Positions 8,703-17,500 of a stretch of 32,000 nucleotides of DNA are shown here, in pieces. The stretch spans positions 720,001-752,000 of the forward strand of contig NC_015913.1 in NCBI RefSeq assembly GCF_000270205.1, given 5' to 3'. The position numbers were made by a program, and so were the translations under genes. The stretch's first letter is position 1. The number at the start of each line of letters is the position of its first letter. Source of the DNA: Candidatus Arthromitus sp. SFB-mouse-Japan. Lineage in GTDB: Bacteria; Bacillota; Clostridia; Clostridiales; Clostridiaceae. The notes under the pieces are model-generated. The model was not told the origin of the DNA, did no database searches, and saw nothing but the letters and a program-made list of their open reading frames with translations.

Positions 8703-9461
8703 ATGTTTATTACTTAAGTTAGAAATGCAACATTATTAATTTATTATGCAGGTAAAAAATTTTTAATTGATCCTATTTTTGCTGACAAAGCGACATATCC
8801 ACCGTTCCCAAGTATACTTAGGAGTACTGAAAAAAATCCTCTTTATGATTTACCAATTTCCATATCTGAAATGATAGAGGTTGATGCTGTTATTATTACG
8901 CATTTGCATATAGATTACTTTGATGAGGAAGCAAAGCAGCAGTTACCTAAAAATGTACCCATATATGTATAAAATTAAGAGGGTAAAGAGGTATTAATTT
9001 CAGCTAATTTTCAAAATGTATAGATTTTAGGTAGTGATACTATGTTTGAAACAATACATCTTATAAAAACAAATGGACGACATGGATATGAAGATGAAAT
9101 TGTAACGATATTGGGAGATGCTTGTGGCGTTATTATGCAATATGAATATGAAAAAACTTTATACATTGCAGGTGATACAGTATGGTGTGATGAAGTAGAT
9201 AAGGCTATTTCTAAGTATAGTCCACATATTATTATTGTTAATGCAGGTGCTAATAGTGTTATAGATAAACGACTTATTATGGGAAAAGAAGATGTATTAA
9301 AAGTTCATAAAGCTTATCCATCTGCCCAGATAATTGCTACGCATATGGAAAGTGTTAATCATTGGGTACTTTCTTGATCAGAATTACGATTATTTTCAGA
9401 AGAAAATAGATTTGAAAGACAGTTATTTATTCCAGATGATGGAGAAACATTAGAATTTTAA
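8703..9461 (+). pseudogene. MBL-fold metallo-hydrolase pseudogene (5 in-frame stops, no frameshift)
   Basis: One frame reads MFIT*VRNATLLIYYAGKKFLIDPIFADK...VDAVIITHLHIDYFD...PIYV*N*EGKEVLISANFQNV*ILGSDTMFE...IAGDTVWCDEV...IATHMESVNHWVLS*SELR...LEF*. Stops at 8715, 8970, 8976 (TAA), 9021 (TAG), 9375 (TGA). GGAG RBS upstream. Confidence 0.8.
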
Positions 9462-9479
9462 TATTATGATAGAGTAAAT

Positions 9480-9517
9480 AATAAGTTGCTTTTAATTAAG
9501 CAACTTATTATTTTTTA
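9480..9517 (+). terminator. Rho-independent terminator after the MBL pseudogene
   Basis: aataagttgctt (9480-9491) pairs with aagcaacttatt (9498-9509), followed by attttttat. Confidence 0.6.
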
Positions 9518-9590
9518 TGTTTCGATATGTAAAATCTTTATGTGATATATTATAATAATCTTGAATTTATAGTGAATGGAGTAGAAAAGT

Positions 9591-10790
9591 TTGATAGATA
9601 ATAAGAAGGAGCAAGAGAGGGAAGAAGTATATAGGGCGATATAGAGTATAGCAGATGATTTAAGAGGTAATGTTGACGGCATATATCTGAAGATTTCAGG
9701 AATTATGTAAATAAAAATGAAATTTAAGATGGAAAAATTAATTTTGATTATGCAAAACTTAGTGATGAGGAAACTGGTCAGATTAAATATAAAATGACTG
9801 TTAGTAAAGTATTTTTTATTTTTCCTTCAGAGCTTTTTGAAAATTTTAGAGCTAAAGCAAAAATTGAAGATATCTGTGATTTATAATTATGGAGTTAATG
9901 AAGAAAATACTGGCGGACTTGTAGATGATGAAAATTCTGATAGCATAGAAGGACTCTCTGATTCTTCAAGGGATTTTTTAGAAATGGCAATAAAAGATTA
10001 TAATAAAAAATTTGGTACATCTTATGATACTTCAAGTTAAAAATTTTCAAACTTTTATAAAGATGTTTCTTATAAAATGAAATCTAGAGAACTCGATTTA
10101 CTTATTGTAGTGAATATGTTTTTAACTGGGCTTGATGCTACGACATTAAATACTCTATGGGTTGATAAAAATTTAAAAATGTATGGACTTATTTAAGCTT
10201 TTAGTAGAATAAATAGAATATTAAATTCAGTAAAAACTTTTGGAAACATTGTGTGTTTTAGAAATTTACAGAAAGAAACAGATGAGGCAATTGTTCTTTT
10301 TACTAATAGTGAGGCAAGAGGAACCATAATCTTAAGAATTTATGAGGATTATTATTATGGATATGAAGATGAAAATGAAAAATATTATAGGGATATAGTG
10401 AAATAATTGGGGGAAGAAGTAGAAAAAAGTTTTATCGCTTTATTCAGCAGTGTATTAAAGCTTAAAAATATATTATCTAGTTTTGATAACTTTGAAGAAA
10501 ATAAAATTTTAAATAAAAGAGAATTTTAAGATTATACAGGTATGTATAATGATTTACATGAAAAAATAAGACACGTAGGAAATGGTGATAGAGAAAATAT
10601 AAATGATGATATCGTTTTTGAAATGGAACTTGTAAAATAAATTAAAGTTAATATCGATTATATTTTAAATTTACTAATACAATTAATGCAGAAAGTGAAG
10701 TAATAGATGATTGGAGAAAATTTGTTAAAAATATTTTTAGAGATGGCGAAGTTAAAATTATAGGAACAAATATTTTGGAATAGTTTATAA
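9591..10790 (+). pseudogene. Collapsed type I restriction-modification remnant: HsdM N-terminal fragment fused to HsdR C-terminal fragment, with multiple stops and indels
   Basis: 9591 onward: LIDNKKEQEREEVYRAI*SIADDLRGNVDG, then (after a frame shift) ISEDFRNYVNKNEI*DG..FDYAKLSDEE..FFIFPSELFENFRAKAK (HsdM N-terminal domain). From about 9870: ISVIYNYGVNEEN...[57 protein letters not shown]...ELVK*IKVNIDYIL (HsdR helicase C-terminus). The tail needs further deletions and frameshifts. Confidence 0.75.
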
Positions 10791-10865
10791 AGAAGATGTT
10801 AGTGAAAATTATAAGGAAGTTGTTTTGATTTAAGAAATATAATTTTTATATTTCGTAACATTATA

Positions 10866-11086
10866 TAAGTCGAGATAGAGATTTAAAGTTGGAAGCTGCG
10901 GGTAGATTTCATAGATTTTTGAATATCTAGCTCGCTTTTTTTGTGTATAGATATGTTCCAGCAAATCAATATGGTGTTAAGGCACCCTTTGAAGTCGAAG
11001 ATGAAAATTTTATGGCAGTATGCTTTAATGAAAACAAAGACAAATTGAATGGAATTATAGAATACGAATCAGCTTTTGGGATATAG
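10866..11086 (+). pseudogene. C-terminal fragment of a YhbS-like GNAT N-acetyltransferase
   Basis: Translation ...LEAAGRFHRFLNI*LAFFVYRYVPANQYGVKAPFEVEDENFMAVCFNENKDKLNGIIEYESAFGI* resembles the C-terminus of YhbS-type GNATs. No N-terminal acetyl-CoA-binding part or start codon is present. Confidence 0.45.
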
Positions 11087-11204
11087 TTTAAATTTTAGTT
11101 TATCATAGCAAGGATAAAAATTGTTATTTATGTAAGTTATTATATATGAATTATGAAAGGTTTGAAAGAAGGTCTTTAACAATTTGAGAGTGGGGGATGA
11201 AAAT

Positions 11205-12011
11205 ATGTTTTATATGAAAGCAAAAAAAGAACATAACATATCAAAAACACGGTTTGAATGTAGAAGAGATAACCTCACAATTCGTGGAACGGGGTATAGA
11301 CCAATAGGAATAAATTTACCAATAGCAATAGTTTGTCATGGGTTTATGGCATTTCAAAGTATTGTAAGACAATATGCAATCGAATTAGCAAATATGGGAT
11401 ATTTAACATATACTTTTGATTTTTGTGGAGGGAGTGTCATAATGGGGAAAAGTGATGGCTTAACCACTGAAATGTCTGTATTAACAGAAGTTAAAGATTT
11501 AGAAAGAGTTATTGACTATGCTATTAACAGAGAATATGCTGACAAAAATAATATTGTTGTTATGGGATGCATTCAGGGAGGTTATGTTTCTGCCTTGACT
11601 GTAGCAAAGGGAAAATATAATGTAAATAAATTAGTTCTTTTTTATCCAGCATTTTGTATTCCAGATGATGCTAATGCAGGAAAGATGATGTTTGCAAAAT
11701 TTGATCCGAACAATTTACCAGAAATTATTAGATGCGGTCCTATGAAACTTGGGAAATGTTATGTTGAGGATGTCATAAAAATGAATCCATTTGAGGAAAT
11801 TAAAGGCTATAAGAATGATGTTTTGATTGTTCATGGAGCGAAAGATAAAATTGTAGACATTAATTATTCAAAAAGAGCTTTTGATGTATATAAAAACAGT
11901 ATTTCAAATAGGAATGTCAGATTTGAAATAATAGAAAATGGAAGACATGGGTTTTCTAAAAAAATCGATAAAATTGCTATAGAAACATTGAGAGATTTTA
12001 TAATATCTTAA
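11205..12011 (+). CDS. Alpha/beta-fold hydrolase (feruloyl/cinnamoyl-esterase-like) with Ile at the nucleophile Ser position
   Basis: PIAIVCHGF (oxyanion region), VMGCIQGG where G-x-S-x-G is expected, HGAKDKIVD and NGRHGF (Asp/His of the triad retained). ATG 11205 preferred (GGGGGA upstream) over the TTG at 11184. Confidence 0.7.
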   Translation: MFYMKAKKEHNISKTRFECRRDNLTIRGTGYRPIGINLPIAIVCHGFMAFQSIVRQYAIELANMGYLTYTFDFCGGSVIMGKSDGLTTEMSVLTEVKDLERVIDYAINREYADKNNIVVMGCIQGGYVSALTVAKGKYNVNKLVLFYPAFCIPDDANAGKMMFAKFDPNNLPEIIRCGPMKLGKCYVEDVIKMNPFEEIKGYKNDVLIVHGAKDKIVDINYSKRAFDVYKNSISNRNVRFEIIENGRHGFSKKIDKIAIETLRDFIIS

Positions 12012-12037
12012 TATTATATGTACTGTTAAAAAATTAA

Positions 12038-12057
12038 AGAGAACTTGTTAGTTCTCT
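12038..12057 (-). terminator. Hairpin terminator shared by convergent genes (T-run best on the minus strand)
   Basis: agagaac (12038-12044) pairs with gttctct (12051-12057). The minus-strand reading is followed by ttaatttttt. Confidence 0.5.
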
Positions 12058-12076
12058 AAAAATAAAATTTCATAAA

Positions 12077-12451
12077 TTATTGTAAATTCAAAATTTCTAC
12101 CTTTTGATTCACAATTTTTCTTGTTTTAGAATCTTTTTTAAACTGTAGTAATAGTACGCTATCATTGAAAGTTACTTTTTTGTTACTTTTTGTATTTTTA
12201 GTTTGAATTGATTCGGAAATAGTAGCAAGTGGTGATACTCTTTTTAATATGGGTTCTTTTTTTGAGTTTTGTGTATTTGATTTAAGAAAGTCATAAGAAC
12301 TACTTCTACTAGTAAGAGGTTTAAAACCTGAACGTATGCTTTGTAAAATTCTAGTAAAGACAGATGCACTACTTATGCTAGAATTTATAGCGATAGGACT
12401 TGCAATAACTATACCTAGAAGTGTTATAATACATTTTTTATTAATTTTCAT
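12077..12451 (-). CDS. Hypothetical secreted protein with signal peptide, Ser/Lys-rich, no recognised family
   Basis: MKINKKCIITLLGIVIASPIAINSSISSASV looks like a Sec signal peptide. The rest is low-complexity and basic. Bracketed by terminators on both sides. Confidence 0.5.
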   Translation of the reverse strand: MKINKKCIITLLGIVIASPIAINSSISSASVFTRILQSIRSGFKPLTSRSSSYDFLKSNTQNSKKEPILKRVSPLATISESIQTKNTKSNKKVTFNDSVLLLQFKKDSKTRKIVNQKVEILNLQ

Positions 12452-12575
12452 TAAATCATCACCTATAAAATTATTATTATAAATTTAAAAATTTACTCTG
12501 ATATTAAAATATAGTGAGTTCAATTATATTAAAATAATCTTTGATATACAATAAAATATTTAATATTTGGTGTAT

Positions 12576-12606
12576 TTAAAAAACAAGGTAGCCAGTTATG
12601 GCTACC
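12576..12606 (-). terminator. Rho-independent terminator of the rbs operon
   Basis: ggtagcc (12587-12593) pairs with ggctacc (12600-12606). On the minus strand it is followed by ttgtttttt. Confidence 0.65.
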
Positions 12607-12616
12607 AATTTTTATA

Positions 12617-13522
12617 TTATCTGCTTACTATTTTTAAATCAGCTGCTATTTCTTTATCAACAGTTTGATTATTGTCAATTTTTTGTGCAATTTGTACTCC
12701 AAGTTCACCAATTAAATCTGGTTGTTGTGCAACTGTTGCTTGCATTTCACCATTTTCAATGGCGTCTAGAGCGTCGTCTCCTCCATCAAATCCTATAACA
12801 GTAGCATCTATGTTATTTGCCATTATTGCTTTTGCTGCACCCAATGCCATTTCATCATTATGTGCAAAGACAACCTGTATGTCTTTATTTCCTTGTATTA
12901 TGTTTTCCATGACAGAGAGACCTTTTTGTCTATCAAAATCTGCTGCTTGACTTGATATAAAAGTTACATTTGATTTATCATCTAGTACACTATGGAATCC
13001 AGCCCCTCTATCTCTTGTAGCTGAAGCACCTGGAATGCCTTGAATTTCTACTATGTTTACATTTTGAGTAGTACCAAATTTTTCTAACACAAATTCTCCA
13101 GCCATTGCTCCACCTTTAATATTGTCTGAAGCTATATGCGTTGTTACTTCACCACCATTTGATTGTCTGTCTAAAGTTATTACTGGAATATTGCTTTGAT
13201 TTGCAACTTCTATAGCTTTGACAACTGCATCACTATCTGTTGGGTTTATCAATAAAGCTACAATGTCTAGTTGTATTAAGTCTTCTATATTTGATCTTTC
13301 TTTTACTGGATCATTTTGAGAGTCTAAAACGATTAAATCATATCCTAATTTTTTTGATTCTCTTTCAGCTCCATCTTTCATGCTTACAAAGAAAGGATTA
13401 TTTAATGTTGATAAGACTAATCCTATTTTTTTATTATTTGTCTTATCTGAACAACTCGTAAAAAGTCCAATTGTTAAAAAAGTTACTAAACTTAAAGATA
13501 ATATTTTTTTTAGAAATTTCAT
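12617..13522 (-). CDS. rbsB: Ribose ABC transporter substrate-binding lipoprotein RbsB
   Basis: Periplasmic-binding-protein type I fold sequence (KIGLVLSTLNNPFFVSMKDGAE...). Lipobox LFTSC. GGAGGG RBS favours the MKFLKK start at 13522. Confidence 0.9.
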   Translation of the reverse strand: MKFLKKILSLSLVTFLTIGLFTSCSDKTNNKKIGLVLSTLNNPFFVSMKDGAERESKKLGYDLIVLDSQNDPVKERSNIEDLIQLDIVALLINPTDSDAVVKAIEVANQSNIPVITLDRQSNGGEVTTHIASDNIKGGAMAGEFVLEKFGTTQNVNIVEIQGIPGASATRDRGAGFHSVLDDKSNVTFISSQAADFDRQKGLSVMENIIQGNKDIQVVFAHNDEMALGAAKAIMANNIDATVIGFDGGDDALDAIENGEMQATVAQQPDLIGELGVQIAQKIDNNQTVDKEIAADLKIVSR

Positions 13523-13545
13523 ATTATCCCTCCTTACTTTGTAAA

Positions 13546-14484
13546 TCATGCTTTCTTTCTGCTCTTTTTATCTAATAATACAGCTATTAAAATAACTAAA
13601 CCTTTTACAATTGATTGATAAAATGGAGATACGTTCATTAAATTTAATCCGTTATTCAATACACCAATAATTAAAGCACCTATTATAGTTCCAGTAATTT
13701 TTCCTTCTCCACCAGATAATGATGTACCACCAATAACAACGGCAGCTATTGCATCTAATTCAAAACTAGTTCCAGCATTTGGAGAAGCAGATCCTATTCT
13801 ACTAGTAATTATAATTCCAGCGATCGATGACGCAAATCCAGATATAACATAAACAAGTGTTTTTATTTTATTTGTATTTATTCCCGAAAGTTTCGCTGAA
13901 TCTTCATTTCCACCTAAAGCATATAAATATCTTCCAAATCTCGTTTGAGTTAAAAGATATATTGAGATGATTAAAATGACTATAGTAATTATTACTGGAA
14001 TTGGAATAAATCCTATTTTTCCATTACCAATTTTCACGAAAGTTTCTGATAATTTTGATATCGGGGTACCATTTGTAAATACTAATGTTGCACCTCTAAA
14101 TATTGTCATAGTTGCAAGTGTAACTATAAATGCTTGTAATTTACCTTTTGATATTAATATTCCATTTATTAATCCAATAACTATACCAGTTATAGCAGCT
14201 ACTAAAATAGCTAAAGGTATATTATTTGTAGACTTTAATATAGATGCTGCTAAAGCACCACTTATTGCTACAGTTGATCCAACAGATAGATCTATCCCAC
14301 CTGTTAGAATAACAAATGTCATACCTATTGCAATTATTGCATTTGTTGAAACTTGTGTAAAAATATTTGTTATATTAGATAGAGTCATGAATGCAGGTGA
14401 TACAATGGTTATTACAACACATAAAACAATTAAACCTATTAGTGATTTATATTTATCTAGGATTTCTTTAAAATTATTGTTCAT
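13546..14484 (-). CDS. rbsC: Ribose ABC transporter permease RbsC
   Basis: Polytopic membrane protein with the BPD-type motif ILTGGIDLSVGS and RFGRYLYALGGNEDSAKLSGIN. GGAGG at 14493-14497 favours ATG 14484. Confidence 0.9.
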   Translation of the reverse strand: MNNNFKEILDKYKSLIGLIVLCVVITIVSPAFMTLSNITNIFTQVSTNAIIAIGMTFVILTGGIDLSVGSTVAISGALAASILKSTNNIPLAILVAAITGIVIGLINGILISKGKLQAFIVTLATMTIFRGATLVFTNGTPISKLSETFVKIGNGKIGFIPIPVIITIVILIISIYLLTQTRFGRYLYALGGNEDSAKLSGINTNKIKTLVYVISGFASSIAGIIITSRIGSASPNAGTSFELDAIAAVVIGGTSLSGGEGKITGTIIGALIIGVLNNGLNLMNVSPFYQSIVKGLVILIAVLLDKKSRKKA

Positions 14485-14500
14485 TTTTAATTCCTCCAAA

Positions 14501-16008
14501 TTATTGATTAATGCCAACGGATAATTTCATAATTTTCTCTTGAGTTGCTTCTTCTCGATTTAATTCACCAGTAATTTTTCCTTCACTCATTACTAAAATT
14601 CTGTCGCTTATTCCTAAAACCTCGGGTAAATCTGAAGAAATCATTATTATTGCTTTACCTGATTCTTTAAGTTCATTTAATAATTCATATATTTCTTTTT
14701 TGGCTCCTACATCTATTCCTCTTGTTGGTTCATCTATTATAAGAATGTCTGGTGATAGAAGAAGCCATTTTTTGCAAGTATAACTTTTTGCTGATTTCCA
14801 CCACTTAAATTTTTAATTAATTGATCTTTATTTGGAGTTTTAATATTGAGTTTTTTTATATAGAAGTCAATATCTTTTTTTGTCTTATTTTTGTTTATAA
14901 TTTTAAAACCATTTTCATATTTACATAAATTTGATAATATCATGTTATCTTCAACAGATAACCCGAGTATACATCCTTCTTTCTTCCTATCTTCTGATAA
15001 ATAGCAAATTCCATTATTTATTGCTTGCTGAATATTTTTGATATTTATTCTTTTACCTTTTAATTTGATAGTTCCTTTTTCCTTCTTATAATATCCAAAT
15101 ATAGTTTTTGCAAGCTCCGTTCTTCCTGCTCCCATTAGGCCAGCAATACCAACTATTTCTCCTTCTCGAACAGTAAAAGATATATTATTAATGCCAACTT
15201 TTGAAGTTAAATTTGAAACTTCAAGTAATACTTTTCCTTTTTCAATTTTCTTATAAGGGAATTGTTCTTCAATTGTTCTTCCAACCATCATTGCGATTAA
15301 TTTATTGTTGTCAATTTCTTTTATTAAAGCATTTCCAGCATATTTACCATCTCTTAAAACTTCAACTCTATCACATATTGCAAATATTTCTTCCATCCTG
15401 TGAGATATATAAATGATTGCTATACCTTTCTTTTTTAAATTTTCTATGACTTTAAAGAGGTTTTGAGTTTCAATTTTTGTTAAAGCAGTTGTTGGTTCAT
15501 CCATTATTATAATTCTTGCATTTTTAGTTAAAGCTTTTGCGATTTCAACCATTTGTTTTTCACCAACATTGATACTACTTACTAATTTATTTGGATCTAA
15601 GTTGCATCCTATTTGATCTAAAAATAATATGCTTCTTTCAACCAATAGCTTTTTATTTATCTTCTTTGTAAATTTATTAAATTTTTCATTTCCAAGAAAA
15701 ATGTTTTCAGCGATAGTTAAATTATTAATAAGACTCATTTCTTGATGTATTATTGTTACACCATATTCTTCAGCAGATTTTATATTTTTGATATGAGCTT
15801 CTTCACCTTCAATAAAAATTTTTCCTTCATCTTTTTGATAAACTCCGCTTAATATTTTCATCAATGTTGATTTACCAGCACCATTTTCTCCCATTAAAGC
15901 AGTTACTTCTCCTTTATAGGCAGTTATGTTTATATTGTCTAGTGCCTTAACACCAGGGAATATTTTAGAAACACCTTCCATTTTTAACATTGGGATTCGT
16001 GTATTCAT
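14501..16008 (-). pseudogene. rbsA: Ribose import ATP-binding protein RbsA, frameshifted in an A6/T6 run (14768-14773)
   Basis: Track ORF 14737-16008 has both Walker A sites ([18 protein letters not shown]) and ends ...[23 protein letters not shown]. Another frame continues (W)[67 protein letters not shown]... to TAA at 14501-14503. Confidence 0.85.
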
Positions 16009-16027
16009 AGTTAAACCTTCCTTTTAA

Positions 16028-16423
16028 TTAAAATACAACTCCTGATTTTAAAATTATATTTGCATATGGTGTTTGTTCTCCCGTTCTGATTACAGCCTTA
16101 CATTCTTTTAAATTCGTTTTGAATATTTCATGAGATACAAATGTTATTTTGGCATTTCCAATCAAATTTTTAATTTCGTTAAATATTTTTGGGCTTGTCT
16201 CTTCTGTTTCTTTAGCTATTATGATTTCTTCAATTTCTAATTCTGTAAGAGTAGTTTTTAAGGTATCTAAAAAACTTGGAATTCCTTTGGTTAATGCTAG
16301 ATCTATTCTTTTAGTTTCTTTTGGAATTGGCAATCCACAATCACCTATTGCAATCATATCTGTGTGACCCATTTTTGAAATTACTGAACTTATGCTATTA
16401 TTTAATAAACATGTTTTCTTCAT
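16028..16423 (-). CDS. rbsD: D-ribose pyranase RbsD
   Basis: 131 aa. [33 protein letters not shown] and ...[13 protein letters not shown] are typical of RbsD. Confidence 0.92.
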   Translation of the reverse strand: MKKTCLLNNSISSVISKMGHTDMIAIGDCGLPIPKETKRIDLALTKGIPSFLDTLKTTLTELEIEEIIIAKETEETSPKIFNEIKNLIGNAKITFVSHEIFKTNLKECKAVIRTGEQTPYANIILKSGVVF

Positions 16424-16428
16424 AATTA

Positions 16429-17358
16429 TTAATTCTCCTTATAAATCTTTTTTACTTCTTCAAGATAAGGTATAGATGGTTGAGCACCTTTTCTTTGTAC
16501 AGTTATTGAAGATACTTTGTTTCCAAAATATACAGATTCTTTTAATGTTTCTCTAGTTAAATTTTTGAAATTTAACTTTGAACTTAAAGCTCCTATAAAA
16601 CTATCACCAGCTGCAGTTGTGTCTACAGCATTTACTTTAAATGATTTTACTAATTCGTAAAAATCGTTTCCTATGATAAGAGCTCCATTTTCTCCTAATG
16701 TAATTATTGCGAATTTAACTCCTTGGTTTATGAAAAATTTTCCTGCTCTTTTAGCATCATCTATAGAAGTTATTTTGATTCTTGTTAAGACTTCAGCCTC
16801 TGTTTCATTAGGTATTATGATGTCTGTTAATTTTAATAGCTCAATATCTATTTTTTTTGCTGGAGCTGGATTAAGTATAGTTATTTTATTGAACTCTTTT
16901 GCTTTTTGAAAAGATTTTAAAGTCATTTCTTCATTAGTTTCAAATTGTGCTATTAGTATATCTGATTCTTTAATTTTTGAAATTGATTTATTTATTTCAC
17001 TATCATTAATTTTCATATTTGAACCTGGAACAACTATTATTGAATTATTTCCGTTTTTATTTACCATAATCAAAGCAAGTCCAGTTGGATTTTGTTCGTC
17101 TTCGAAAATACAACTTACGTCTATTCCATCTTCCTTAAGTTTTCCTTTCAATATTCTACCATTTTCATCTTTTCCTATTTTAGCTATCATGGAAACATCA
17201 GCACCGCATCTTTTGGCAGCGATTGCTTGATTTGCTCCTTTACCTCCTGCTATTTTTTCATATGAGTTAGATAGGATAGTCTCTCCTATTTTTGGTATAT
17301 CATTAACTTTTAAAACTAAGTCCATGTTTAAACTTCCAAGAACACATACTTTATTCAT
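16429..17358 (-). CDS. rbsK: Ribokinase RbsK
   Basis: PfkB family. [15 protein letters not shown], and the C-terminal [13 protein letters not shown] motif. First gene of the rbsKDACB order. Confidence 0.92.
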   Translation of the reverse strand: MNKVCVLGSLNMDLVLKVNDIPKIGETILSNSYEKIAGGKGANQAIAAKRCGADVSMIAKIGKDENGRILKGKLKEDGIDVSCIFEDEQNPTGLALIMVNKNGNNSIIVVPGSNMKINDSEINKSISKIKESDILIAQFETNEEMTLKSFQKAKEFNKITILNPAPAKKIDIELLKLTDIIIPNETEAEVLTRIKITSIDDAKRAGKFFINQGVKFAIITLGENGALIIGNDFYELVKSFKVNAVDTTAAGDSFIGALSSKLNFKNLTRETLKESVYFGNKVSSITVQRKGAQPSIPYLEEVKKIYKEN

Positions 17359-17402
17359 AAAATCACATCCTCAATATATATAATACATTTTTGAAAAGAT
17401 GA

Positions 17403-17416
17403 TGTAAACGTTTTTT
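17403..17416. promoter_or_regulatory. cre/LacI-type operator-like half-palindrome in the rbsK-cas3 divergent intergenic region
   Basis: tgtaaacgtttttt matches the cre consensus TGWAARCGYTWNCW except at the C of position 13. Confidence 0.3.
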
Positions 17417-17500
17417 TATTTTTTAAAAAATATAGAAAATAATTGTCGAAAAGTATATAATTTTAGTGGTTTATATTTTTAAAACCATTTGGGAGGAAAA

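Noticed and set aside
8703-10790. Possibility that the many in-frame TAA/TAG/TGA codons reflect stop-codon reassignment (an alternative genetic code).
   Set aside because: All conserved housekeeping, cas and rbs genes in the same window terminate at TAA, TAG or TGA at the family-typical length. Examples are ffh (TAG), rimM (TGA) and rpsP (TAA). The standard code 11 therefore applies and these are pseudogenes.
13967-14524. 185-aa ORF on the plus strand, plus other antisense ORFs (1139-1342, 4092-4277, 4540-4758, 5410-5616, 6510-6695, 12598-12950, 13240-13461, 15201-15416, 16149-16367, 16673-16909, 17523-18231, 19762-19980, 21848-22039, 24385-24733).
   Set aside because: All lie entirely antisense to well-supported conserved genes. 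They lack an RBS and have low-complexity Ile/Phe/Leu/Ser-rich translations typical of shadow ORFs in AT-rich DNA.
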